Source of the DNA: the human T2T-CHM13v2.0 reference genome, Homo sapiens | Assembly: GCF_009914755.1 (NCBI RefSeq) | Contig: NC_060937.1 | Strand: one strand, 5' to 3' | Length of the DNA: 64,000 nucleotides | Shown: positions 1 to 11,582 of the stretch, piece by piece | Position numbering within the stretch: position 1 is the first letter of the stretch | Layout of the letters: each line of letters begins with the position of its first letter | Program-made: the position numbers and the translations under genes | The notes under the pieces: model-generated | The model's database searches: none | The model's input: only the letters and a program-made list of their open reading frames with translations | Told to the model about the DNA's origin: nothing

Positions 1-1115
1 GAAGCTTTTTAACTTGATGAGATCCGATTTGTCCATTTTTTGCTTTAGGTATTACACAAGAAATCTTTGCCCAGACCAATGTCCTGGAGAGTTTTCTCAA
101 TGTTTTCTTTTAGAAGTTTCCTAGTTGAAGTTCTTAGATTTAAGTCTTTAATCCTTTTTGATATGATTTTTGTATATGGTGAAAGAGGGGGGCCTCGTTT
201 CATTCTTCTGAATATGGATATCCAGTTTTCCCAGCACTATTTATTGAGGAGACTGCCCTTACTCAATGTATGTTCTTGGCACCTTTGTCAAAAATAGGTT
301 CACTGTAGTTGTATGGATTTATTTCTGGGTTCTCTGTTCTGTTCCATTAGTCTATGTGCTTGCTTTTATGCCAGTGCCATGCTGTTTTGGTTACTAGAGC
401 TCTGTAGTATAATTTGAGGTTAGGTAATGTGATTCCTCCAGTTTTGTTCTTTTTGCTCACGATGGCATAGGCTATTTGAGTCTTTTGTGGTTCCATATAA
501 ATTTTAGGATTTTTTTTTATTTTTGTGCAGAATGTCATTGGTATTTTGATAGAGATTGCACTGAATCTGTAGACTGCTTTGGGTAGCATGGACATTTTAA
601 TAATATTGGCTCTCCAGTCCATGAACTGAAATATCTTTCCATTTTTTTGTGTCCTTTTTAGTTTCTTGCATCCATGTTTTACAGTTTTTATTGCAGAGAT
701 CGTTCCCTTCTTTGGTTACGTTTAGTCCTTTGTATTTTATTTGTAGCTATTGTAAATGGGATTGCTTTCTTGATTCTTTTTTAGATTTTTCACTGTTGGC
801 ATATAGAAATGCTTCTGATTTTTGTATTTTGATATGATATCCTGCAACTTCTCTGAATTTATCAGTTCTAATAATTTCATGGTGGAGTCTTTAGCTTTTT
901 CCAAATATAAGATCATATAATCTGCAAACAAGGATAATTTGACTTCTTTATTTCCAATTTGGATGCCTTTTATTTCTTTCTCTTTTCTGATTGCTCTAGC
1001 TAGGACTTCCAGCACTGTGTTGAATAACAGTGGTGAAAGGGGGCACCCTTGTCTTGTTCCAGATCTTAGAGGAAATGCTTTCAGTTTTTCCTCATTTAGT
1101 ATGAAACTAGATGTG
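1..1115 (-). mobile_element. LINE-1 (L1MA/L1PB-age) ORF2 relic
   Basis: Minus-strand ORFs 737..1015 ([24 protein letters not shown] motif degenerated from FADD) and 347..622 are L1 ORF2 peptides, frameshifted. Confidence 0.92.
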
Positions 1116-2455
1116 GTCTCTATTCTGTTCCATTGGTCTATATGTCAGTTCTTGTACCAATACTACGCTGTTTAGGTTACTGTAGACTTGTGGTATAGTT
1201 TGAAGTTCAGTAGCGTGATGTCTCCAGCTTTGTTTTTTGCTTAGGATTGTCTTGGCTATTTGGGCTCTTTCTTGGTTCCATATGAGCTTTAAAATAGTTT
1301 TTTTCTAATTCCGTGAACCATGTCAATGGTAGTTTAATGGGAATAGAATTGAATCTATAAATTACTTTGGGCAGTATAGTCATTTTTATGATATTGATTC
1401 TTCATATCCATGAGCATGGGATGTTTCTCCACTTGTTTGTATAAGACCGCACAGCTACAACCATTGGATCTTTGAAAAACTTGACAAAAACAAGCAATGG
1501 GGAAAGGCCTTTCTATTTAATAAATGGTGCTGGGAGTGCTGACTAGCCATAGGCAGAAAACTGAAACTAATGTGAAGATTCCTTAAAGAACTAAAAGTGG
1601 AACTAACATTTGATCCAGCAATCCCACTACTGGGTATCTACCCAGAGAAAAAGAAGTCATTACATGAAAAGGAGACTTGCACACACATGTTTATAGCAGC
1701 ACAATTCACAATTGCAAAAATGTGGAGCCAACCCAAATGCCCATCAATCAACGAGTGGATAAAGAAACTGTGATATATATACACAGTGGAATACAAAGGA
1801 ATAAATTAATGGCATTCACAGCAACATGAATGAGATTGGAGACCATTATTCTAAGTGAAGTAACTCAAGAATGAAAAGTCAAACGTCGTATGTTCTCACA
1901 CATAAGTGGGAGCTAAGCTATGAGGATGTAAAGGCATAAGAATAACACAATGGACTTTGGGGACTCGGGGGAAAGGGTGAGAAGTGGGTGAGGGATAAAG
2001 GACTACAAATTGGGTTCAGTGTATACTACTTGGGTGGCGGGTGCACCAAAATCTCACAAATCACCACTAAAGAACTTACTCGGCCAGGCATGGTGGCTCA
2101 CGCCTGTAATCCTGGCACTTTGGGAGGACGAGGTGGGCAGATCACTTGAGGTCAGGAGTTCAAAACCAGCCTGGCCAACATGGTGAAACACCATTTCTAC
2201 TAAAAATACAAAAAAACTAGCCAGGCGTGGTGGTGGTTGCCTGTAATCCTAGCTACTCAGGAGGCTGAGGCAGGAGAATCACTTAAATCTGGGAGGCAGA
2301 GGTTGCAGTGTCACTGCACTCCAGCCTGGGTGACAGAGTGAGACTCCATCTCAAAAAGAAATAAATAAAAAATAAAAAGAACCTACGCATGCAACCAAAC
2401 ACTTGTTCCCCCAAAACCTATGGAAATACAAAATGTTAATAAATAATTAAAGAAA
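1116..2455 (+). mobile_element. Younger L1 (L1PB-like) 3' end with an inverted 5' segment, nested in the older L1
   Basis: 1116-1440 is minus-oriented ORF2 sequence. 1441-2455 is plus-oriented ORF2 end and 3' UTR (gactacaaattgggttcagtgtatac..., aaaacctatggaaata) with an A-rich tail. Confidence 0.8.
2082..2378 (+). mobile_element. Alu (AluS-like) inside the L1 3' UTR
   Basis: GGCCAGGCATGGTGGCTCA start, dimer and A tail. TSD aaagaac(t/c)tac. Confidence 0.95.
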
Positions 2456-2544
2456 ATAAATTCAATACCCCTTCATGATAAAACCCTCAAAAAACTGGAT
2501 ATGGAAAGAACATATCTGAACACAATAAAAGACATATATGACAG

Positions 2545-5140
2545 CCTCTAATGATCCTTTGCATTTCTGCTGTATCAGTTGTAATGTCTCCTTTTAAATC
2601 TCTGATTTTGTTTATTTGGGTCTTCTCTCTTTTTTTTCTTAGTCTGGCTAAAGGTTTGTCAATTTTGTTTAACTTTTTAAAACTCCGACTTTTTGTTTTG
2701 TTGATTTTTCATATTTTTTTGTTTCAATTTCATTTATTTTGGTTCTGATCTTTATTTCTTTTCTTGTACTAATTTGGGGTTTGATTTGTTCTTGCTTTCC
2801 TAGTTTTTAAAGATGAATTATTAGGTTGGTTATTTGCAGTTTTTCCACGTTGTTGATGCAGGCACTTATTGCTATAAGTCTTCCTTTTAGTACCACTGTG
2901 TTTGGCTGTTCTTATGTTGCTGTAAATACCTGAGACTGGGTACTTTATAAAGAAGAGAGTTTTAATTGGCTTGAGGTTCTGCAGGCTGTACAAGCATGGA
3001 ACTGGCATCTGCTCAGCTTATGGGGAGGGCTCAAGGAGCTTTTACTCATGGCAGAAGGCAAAGGTGGAGCAAGCATACCATATGGCAGAAATGGGAGCAA
3101 GTGAGAGAGTGGTAGGGGAAGGTGCCACACACTTTTAAGCCACCAGATCTCACATGAACTGAGAGAGCTCACTTATCACCAAGGGCATGGCCCAAGCCAT
3201 TCATTGAGGGATCTGCCCCCATGATCTAAACACCTCCCACCAGGCATCATCTTCAACATTGGGAATTACAATTCACCATGAGATTTGGCAGGGATATACA
3301 TTCCAACTATATCAACCGTTTTTGCTGTATCTCATAGGTTTTGGTATGTTGTGTTTCCATTGTCACTAGTTTCTAGAAATTTTTTGATTTCGTTCTTAAT
3401 TTCTTTATTGACCCACTGGTCATTCAGGAGCATATTGTTTAATTTCCATGTGTTTAGATAGTTTCCAAAGTTCCTCAAGTTATTGATTTCTAATTTTATT
3501 TCACTGTGGTCAAAGAAGATACTTCATATGATTTCAGTTTTTTTGAATTTTTAAAGCCTTGTTTTGTGGTCTAACATATGGTCTATCCTTGAGAATGATC
3601 CATGTGCTGAGGAGAATAACCACTTTGCAGTCATTGGATGAAATGTTCTATGAATTTCTATTAGGTCCATTTGGTGTTGTGCAGATTAAGTCTTACGTTT
3701 CTTTGTTGATTTTCTGTTTGGATGATCTGTCCAATGCTGAAAGTGAGGTGTTAAAGTCTCCTGCTATTATTTTATCAGGGTCTATCTTTCTCTTTAGCTC
3801 TAATGCTATTTGCTTCATATATCTGGGTGTTTCAGTGTTTGGTGCATATGTATTTACAATTTTTATATCCTATTGCTTAATTGACCCCCTTATCATTATG
3901 TAATGACTTGCTTTGTCTCTTTTGATAGTTTTTGTCTTGATTTTATAGTTTTTATATTATTTTATCTGATAAAACCATAGCTACTGCTCTTTTTTGGTTT
4001 CCATTTATATGGAATATATATTTTTCATTCCTTTGTTTTCAGTCTATTTGTGTCTTTATAGGTAAAGTGTGTTTCTTGTAGGCAACAGATTGTTGGGTCT
4101 TGTTTCCTTATTCCTTCAGTCATTCTGTGTCTTTTGATTGAAAGTTTAGCCAATTTACATTCAACGTTATTATTGATAAGTACTATTGCCATTTTATTAT
4201 GTGTTTTCTGGTTGTTTTATGCTTTCTTCCCTCCCTTCCTCCTTCCCTCTCTCCCTCCCTCTCTCCCTCCCTTTGAAAGTGGTTTCTTCTTATGGCATGT
4301 TTTAATTTCTTTTTTTTAATTTTTTCAGTATCTGTTTTATTTGATGTTACCATGAGGCTTGCAAATAACTTCTTATAACTCATTATTTTAAACCGATGAT
4401 ACCTTAACTCTGATTGCAAAAATGAACAAGCAAACAGAAAACTAAGAACTCTAAACTTTAACTTTATCTCACCTGCTTTTTAACTTTTTGTTGTTTCTAT
4501 TTATATCTTATTATACTGTCTATGTCTTAAAAAGTTGTTGTACTTACTATTTTTGATAGGTTAGTCTTTTAGTCTTTCTACTTATTATATGAGTAGGTTA
4601 TACACCACAAATACAATTATAACATGCTGTATTTGTGTGTGTACTTACTGTTACCAGTGAGTTTTATATCTTCAGATGATTTCTTATTCATTAACGTTCT
4701 TTTCTTTCAGATTGAAGAATTCCCTTTAGCATTTCTTGTAGAACAGGTGTGGTATTGATGAAATCCTTCAGCTGTTGTTTGTCTAGGAAAGACTTTATTT
4801 ATCCTTCATGTTTCAAGGATATGTTCACTGAATATATTAAAGTATAAGAGTTTTTTTTTCTTCAGCACTTTAAATATGTCATGCCACTCTCTCGTGGCCT
4901 TTAAGGTTTCCACTGAGAAGTCTCCTGCCAGATGTATTTGAGCTCCTTTATATGCTACTTGTTTCTTTTCTCTTGCTGCTTTTTAGGATCTTTTCTTCAT
5001 CCTTGACTTTCGGGTGTTTGATCATTAAATGTCTTGAGGTAGTTTCGTTTGGGTTAAATCTGATTTGTGTTCTATAAACTTATTGTACTTAAATATTGAT
5101 ACCTCTCTCTAGGTTTGGAAAGTTCTCTGTTATGATCTCT
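2545..5140 (-). mobile_element. Continuation of the old L1, interrupted by the MST LTR
   Basis: T-rich antisense L1 ORF2 5' (endonuclease) and inter-ORF sequence, e.g. ttgacccactggtcattcaggagcatattgtttaatttccatgtg. Confidence 0.85.
2897..3314. mobile_element. MST-family (ERVL-MaLR) solo LTR
   Basis: TG...CA ends. Typical motifs aaatacctgagactgggta, atggcagaaggcaaagg and ccaactatatca. Degenerate 5-bp TSD accac/accgt. Confidence 0.88.
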
Positions 5141-5581
5141 TTGCTTTTTTTTCCTCTGCCTAATCACTACAAGTTCCTCTTATTCTACATTTATCAGTTA
5201 TTTTTTGTAGATGACTTAGACTTTTATATCTCCTCTGGGCTCCAAACTTGTGTATACTTACTGCATCCTTGAGGTCTCTTGGATGTTTCAAAGTTACCTA
5301 AAAAAGAACATGTCTAAAATTAATTTAGCATGTACCCCCACTCCTCCAACTGATCTTCTTCCAGACTTCCCTGCCTCAGGGAATGGGAGCATTATTCACT
5401 TTTGTGCACAGGAAAGTCAATCAGCTGTGATCTCTTGTGCTCAAATCTTTTATGTTCAAGTCCTGTTAAGGATAGCTCTTTAATATTTGTTTTCTCCATT
5501 TCCAGGACCACTACTGAGTTTATCTACTCCCATCTCCTACCTGTACCACTTTCTATGTCTGTCTTCTTGGCTCCATGACCT

Positions 5582-6185
5582 TGTAAACCAAAATGTATGT
5601 GAGACAAGTCTCAATCAATTTAGAGGTTTATTTTGCCAAGTTTAGGAACATGCCTGTGACACAGACTTAGGAGGTCCTGACAACATGTGCCCAAGGTGAT
5701 GTGGCTACAACTGGGCTTTATACATTTTAGAGAGACCTAAGACATCAATCCATACATGTAACATTTATACTGGTTCCATGTGGAAAGGCAGGACAACTGA
5801 AAGCAGGAGCTTCCAGTTCACAGGCAGATTCAAATATTTTCTGATTGGTAATTGGTTGAGTTATTATCTAAACACCTGGAATCAGTAGAAAGGAATGTCT
5901 GGGTTATGATAAGGGGTTGTGGAGACCAAGGTTATTCATGCAGGTGAAGCTTCCAGGTAGCAGGCTTCAGAGAGAGTAGATTGTAAATGTTTCTTATCAG
6001 ACTTAAAGAGTCTATTCTATCAGTCTTCAGGTCTGTGCTGATGTTAATGGTAATGAGGAATGTCTGACTCCTCCTTCCCATCATGGTCTGAGCTAGTTTT
6101 CCAAGTTAACTTTGGAACGCTCTTGGAAGAGAGGATGGCTCCTTTCAGATTGTTGTGGGGCTTATAATTTTATTTTTGGTCTATA
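5582..6185 (-). mobile_element. MER4-group ERV1 solo LTR
   Basis: Begins tgtaaaccaaaa..gagacaagtctcaatcaatttagaggtttattttgccaag and ends attttatttttggtctata. Confidence 0.8.
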
Positions 6186-6280
6186 CCCTTAACTCTCCAG
6201 ACTGCAGCCAGCATGATGTTTTTGAAATGAATATCTGATCACATCACCATCTCTACCTCCTGCTTAAAACCTAACAGTGA

Positions 6281-6843
6281 TGTAGGGACCAGGACGCTTG
6301 GCCCCCTGAAGGTTTGCTGAAATTCACCAACATGAGACAGGTTGATTAATAGGAGAAAAAGCATACAGATTTATTTAATGTGCATACACAGGAGCCTTCA
6401 GAATGAAGACCCGGCCCCCCACTGGGATGCAGAGACTTATATACCATCTTGAGATTACAGAAAGAAGGTGAGCTCAGAGCATAACCAAAAACAGGTTATG
6501 GTGGTAAATCATGTAGTGGCAAGGCTGGTTATGGGAGGGGGCGAAGAGGAGGCTTGGCTAGAAAAGGTGGTCTTGTTATGCAGATGAAACCTCACAGGTA
6601 GCAGCTCTCAGAGGGAATATATGGTAAATGTTTCTTTTGGATCTTTAGAAGTGTCAGACTCAGTTAATCTGTCCTAGATCTGGACAAGGGAAGGCCTGGC
6701 TGCGTTAATGGAGATTCTCTACAGATGCAAATTTCCCCCACAATAGATGGTTTTGAAGGGCCACTTCAGATTATTCTCCCTGTGGCAGCCATCTCAAAAT
6801 ATGTACAAAAATTATATTATGGGGTATAGTTTGATTTCCTTCA
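6281..6843 (-). mobile_element. ERV1-class solo LTR (subfamily uncertain)
   Basis: TG...CA termini, 4-bp TSD gtga/gtaa, and MER4-group-like internal motifs (ggagccttcagaatgaagacc, atggtaaatgtttct). Confidence 0.7.
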
Positions 6844-6849
6844 GTAACT

Positions 6850-7355
6850 TCTGATTACTTAAGGGATAAAGGTAAACCACTGCTCAGCCTGTGAGGCCGA
6901 CCTAGCCTGCCTTCCTCTAGGGTTTCCCACACCATGCTTTCTCCACACTGGCCGGATGTCAGTCCCTTGCGCTGGCCCCACTCCCTTTCACCACCAAAGC
7001 TTTGCACAAGTTGTCCCCCAGATACTCTTTTCTTTCTTCTTTGTCTAGTTAACTCCTACTCATCCTTCTAATCTCAGCTCAAGGCTCACCTCGTCTTAGA
7101 AGACTTTCCTGAGCTCCCTATCTCCACTAAATTTCCATCACACCCTCTCGTAGTACCCTTATTTCTCCTTTTTAATACTTCTCATAGCTGAACTTTTATT
7201 TGTGCCCTTATTTGATTAATGTTTATCTACCTCTAGATTACAAACTTCAGAAGGTAGGAGGATTTATTTGATTCTCTGTTGCGTACTCAGCCCATAGCAA
7301 GATGCTTGGCGCATTGTGGGTGTTTCATATTTGTTGAATGAATGAATGAACAAAT
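6850..7355 (+). mobile_element. L2 3' fragment
   Basis: Ends with atatttgttgaatgaatgaatgaa, the L2 3' tail. Confidence 0.65.
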
Positions 7356-7631
7356 GCCATACTAAGATGTTTGCAATTTATCCCTTGGGCTTCATTGAAA
7401 GAATGTAAGCAGAAAATAGATTATTTAAGTTTAAACAAGAAAGCTCAGTGAACTGTTTTGAGACAAGATGGGCACAGGTTGGAAACAGACCCGTTTGACA
7501 CCTGTCACAATAGCGCAGTTGAGAAAGAATGAGCACCCAGCCAAAGTAGTCCCAGTGAGGCTGAAGCGTAGAGTGGAAGTGATCATGATTAGAAGGTAGG
7601 ACAGATAGAACTTAGTGACTCTGTGAGGTGG

Positions 7632-8216
7632 TGAAACTGCCTTTGCCAAGATTATAACACCCTTTCCCCAAATAAACCCCCTTCTTGGCTGGGAACTAGA
7701 CTGCTTTTGTAGGACTAACAAATTTGCCACAAGATTAGAAATTATGGTTTAGGAGTCATGCAGCTAGAGGCCACAAAGTTCTAAACCTCCCCAATTGTTC
7801 CTAGGGATAACATCACTATTGGAAAACCTAAGATTGGGGCTTGAGTTATTTTTTCAGGCCTTGCACTCAATAGATCAGCTAGTGTCACCCAGATCAATAA
7901 ACCGACTCATCTGATCTTCTGGTCCCCACCCAGGAACTGACTCAGCTCAAGAGGGCAGCTTCGACTCCCTATGGTTTCGTCTCCAACCCGACCAATCAGC
8001 ACTCCCCACTTCTCAAACCCCTACCCACCAAATTATCCTTAAAAACCCAAATCCCAGAATTTTCAAGGAGACTGGTTTGAGTAATAACAAAACTCCAGTT
8101 TCTGGTACAGCTGGGTCTGACTGAATTAAACTCTATTGTAATTGCCCTACCTTGATATCTTGATAAATCAGTTTGGTCTATGCAGCAGGCAAAAAGAACC
8201 TGTTGGGGGGTTTACA
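7632..8216 (+). mobile_element. LTR8-like ERV1 solo LTR
   Basis: TGAAACTGCCTTTG start, TTACA end and a perfect 4-bp TSD GTGG. Confidence 0.85.
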
Positions 8217-8438
8217 GTGGCTGCTGGGATGGAGGGAAGTACACCAATGAATCCAGGGTACGTAGAGACAGAACAGCTTTGTGGCAAGAGAGACTGCGCT
8301 CAGTTTGAGACTCGATGAATTTGAGGCTCCTAGGAGACACCCTGCGGAAGATGTCTAATGGGTAGTCTTACATTTTCAGCCTTTTTCACAGGTTTTTTCT
8401 CTGCCTAGTAATAAAGGCTAGGTTTATTCTTCTTTTAA

Positions 8439-8948
8439 CCCTTTTTGCATTTAGAAAAAAAAGTGCAACTCGCTGCCAGCACTCATTTAATTTTATAATA
8501 AACATGCCCTTTGAGGCTGAAGCAAATTGGACTGATTTTTAAGGTGAAAACAAAACATAAAAATTGTTCTTGGAGTTATTGCTACACAGAACTGACATGA
8601 GAACTGCCTGAATCATCAGAAACACGTATTTCAGAAAAATCAGATTCGTCAAATGAATCTTTGGCCAACAACTGTTCGAGAATGATGTGAACAGCATGTG
8701 TAGATATGCTATGTTTTCTAGGATTTGACATTTTCAGTGATCGAGAATTACTATATTTTGTAAATGGAAATACCACTACTGGAAACAGAATGCTATAGAT
8801 AGGATGATGTCTTTTGTTTCCAAAGTTGATATACCAGAGAGATGCAAAAATAATAATAAAGTGAGATTTCATGGCAAAGTTATCTCGTGGTAAATGCTGC
8901 AGCCACAAGTGCTGCCCGTGAATATTCTCAGGGAAAATGGGAAAAGGG
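8439..8948 (-). mobile_element. MER75 non-autonomous piggyBac DNA transposon
   Basis: TTAA|CCCTTTT ... GAAAAGGG|CTAA termini, ~510 bp. The right end matches the recalled MER75 5' end in reverse. Confidence 0.85.
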
Positions 8949-9139
8949 CTAAAAGCAAAACATTTCTTGGAACCTTATTCCTTTACTCCTCTTCTTAACA
9001 AACTGTCTTTGAAAGGGCAGACAGCACATGCTCTGTCTGCATCTGTTTAACTCCTGTTCACTCCTCTACTCCCCATTCTCTTGGCATCGCTGAAACTGCC
9101 TTCAATAATGAGCCCAGAAGCCAAATCTAGTGCACCCCC

Positions 9140-9701
9140 AGAGACTGAATATACAAAAGGACAATATCCAGACCATATATAAAAATAGAACTTTGATCCA
9201 CAACCTGCAGCAACATGCCCAGGAAATCAACCCCTTATTTACAAAAAAACAGTCTAGGAAGCCAGCTTGCTATATAAGTCAGACTTGCAGGAAGCCAGAT
9301 AGCTATCTTTAGTGACAATCCAGTGAAATAACTTTTATACCTACTGGCCACAAATGGCCAGGACTTAATTAATGACTGAAATAATTGGCAATTGGCATCT
9401 TCCCAATTTTTTTCTCCTGCTCTCAACTTAGAGCCAACCAGAGAAAGCCAAACATGCTCCAACCAATCATACAGGATGCCCCACTTCTGATTAGCCTGCC
9501 TACAGCTTCCTCATGCCAAAAGTCACCAATCAGGGTGCACCCAAGCCTTCCATTTTTTCTACTCTAAGGCGTTTCCCATCCTCTGCCTGTCTCTGAGTCT
9601 CTGCCAAAACGCAAGTGATGGTGGCTGACTCCCTTACTACAGCAAACTCAGAAGAAATAGCCTTTGCCTTTCTCATTTAGTTGGTCTTCATTTATTCCCA
9701 C
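9140..9701 (+). mobile_element. ERV solo LTR (old, subfamily uncertain)
   Basis: LTR-like content with repeated CCAATC boxes, a poly(A)-like site and an ...ttcccaca end. Confidence 0.6.
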
Positions 9702-11582
9702 AACCCTCCACTTCTTATCAAAATCACTCAGCTGCACTTAACACTACTAATCATGCCCTCCTTGAAATTGTCTCTTCCCTCAGCTCCTGAGACCCCAATT
9801 CTGATTCACTGTCATTTGTGTGTATGACATCTTCGTATCCTTCAGGGTCTCTTTCTCTGCCAGGGGCATCCAGGGTTCCTTCCTCAGCCTCCTTCTCTAC
9901 TCACGTTCATGTCTCCTTGGGTAATGGCATCCACTCTTTCTCAACCACCACTGTTGCACTTATTCCCTAAATCACTGTGTCCAGCCCAGACTTGTTCCTA
10001 CCGACTGTCTCCTCCCTGAGGCTCCACAAGCACCTAAACTCAACATACTCAAAGCCAATTCCCCCTACCCCAACACATACACACATGTAAACATGGTGCA
10101 CCCTTCCCTTCCCACCTCTGCTGGTCATACCATACCCACCATATCACCCAAGTAAAATTATTAATTTGTACTGATTGATTTGGCCTCTTAAATATTTCCT
10201 TGGTGCATTTCCTCTTCTTCATCTCTATTTCCACTGTCCACTTTAGGATGTCACTATCTCTTCCCAAAATATTACAAAAGTCTCCTAACTGGTTTTCAAC
10301 TTGCCAGGCTTGTCTCCTTTCAAACAGCCTTCCATTTTCTTCACAGAGTCATCTTTTCAAAATATCCATCTGAGCATGTCATGCCTTGCCTACAACCCTC
10401 TTCATTATTTAGTATAACATACAAGTCCCCACGATGTTCTCCTCCGCCATGTTTCCTGTCATACAAGACTTTGAACTTGATGCTCTAAGCAGATACATCA
10501 CACTGTTTAGACTCCTGAGGCTGTGCAAATTGTGAGCATGTCCCTTGGTGGTATCAAAGCACCAATGATATTCTCACTTGTATCCTCATTGGTGACCTGC
10601 GGTCTTAGCTTGGCGTCCCTAGAGAATGTTTATGGCCAGCCGCTTGATCTCTGTGAGGAGGTCTCTGCTCAGGTGGCTAGCTGCAAGGAGGACCACGTTG
10701 GACTGAATTAGTTATGATTTGCGAGCTTCCAAATTCTCTTTGTCAGAAGCCCTAGTTTATACTTGGCTTGCAGGTGTGGCTGAAACCAAATGAAGGACTA
10801 TCTAGGGCTTCCCAAAAGAAGGGGAATTTCAAACTCTTGCCCTCAGAATTTTTCATCTTCTGCACAAATGGAGTCTCTGCTTATACTTACAGATGTGGTC
10901 CTTTCGCTCCCATGACCCCATTGATGTATCCATATCAACGGATAAGGGGTGCAGCAGGGTCTCTGCTCTCCAGAGGCGGGCGAAAGCCTTCCCAGCAGGC
11001 ATTTACTGTCAGCCAAACCAGCAGGAAGAAAGAAAGTCAATATCAGAGGGCAACTGGCTGATTGTTAAAGCTGGGCCTCGTGTGGGAGAAAGATAATGGT
11101 CTGGTGATTTCACACGTAAACATTTTTAAGATGCCGATAGCCAGCAGGCAGCCTTTCACATCAGATATCTCTGAATGGCATCAGCATTTGGGGGAAGGCT
11201 GGGAGACAAGAAACTCCCCGCTTCAACTAGAAAATATCGTAACTTTTATTGAAGAAAGGAACGCCTCATTCTCCAAGTGCCAGACCGTGCCTTCCTGATT
11301 TACAGCAGGACTTTGGAGGCTGACTACTCAAATATAAAGTTACCGCAGCTGCCTCCCTGTTTGTGTGGAATGATGAAGTGGAAGGCAATAGAGGAGAGTA
11401 AATAGAGCTCTAGGAGGCCAGTGCTGGCCGGGAAGGAGGTCCCAAGTTACAGCCAACCATTAAGACTGACACTGTGGGATAGGGTGATGGTTATGAGGAC
11501 AGAAGATGGCAGACGCCGAGGAACGGGGAGGCTGCCCACACTGGCGGGCTGGCTGCGGGGTGTGATGATGCTGGCTTACACC

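Noticed and set aside
347-1015. Reverse-transcriptase-like ORFs as an active or novel RT system
   Set aside because: Fragmented L1 ORF2 with the catalytic FADD changed to FADY.
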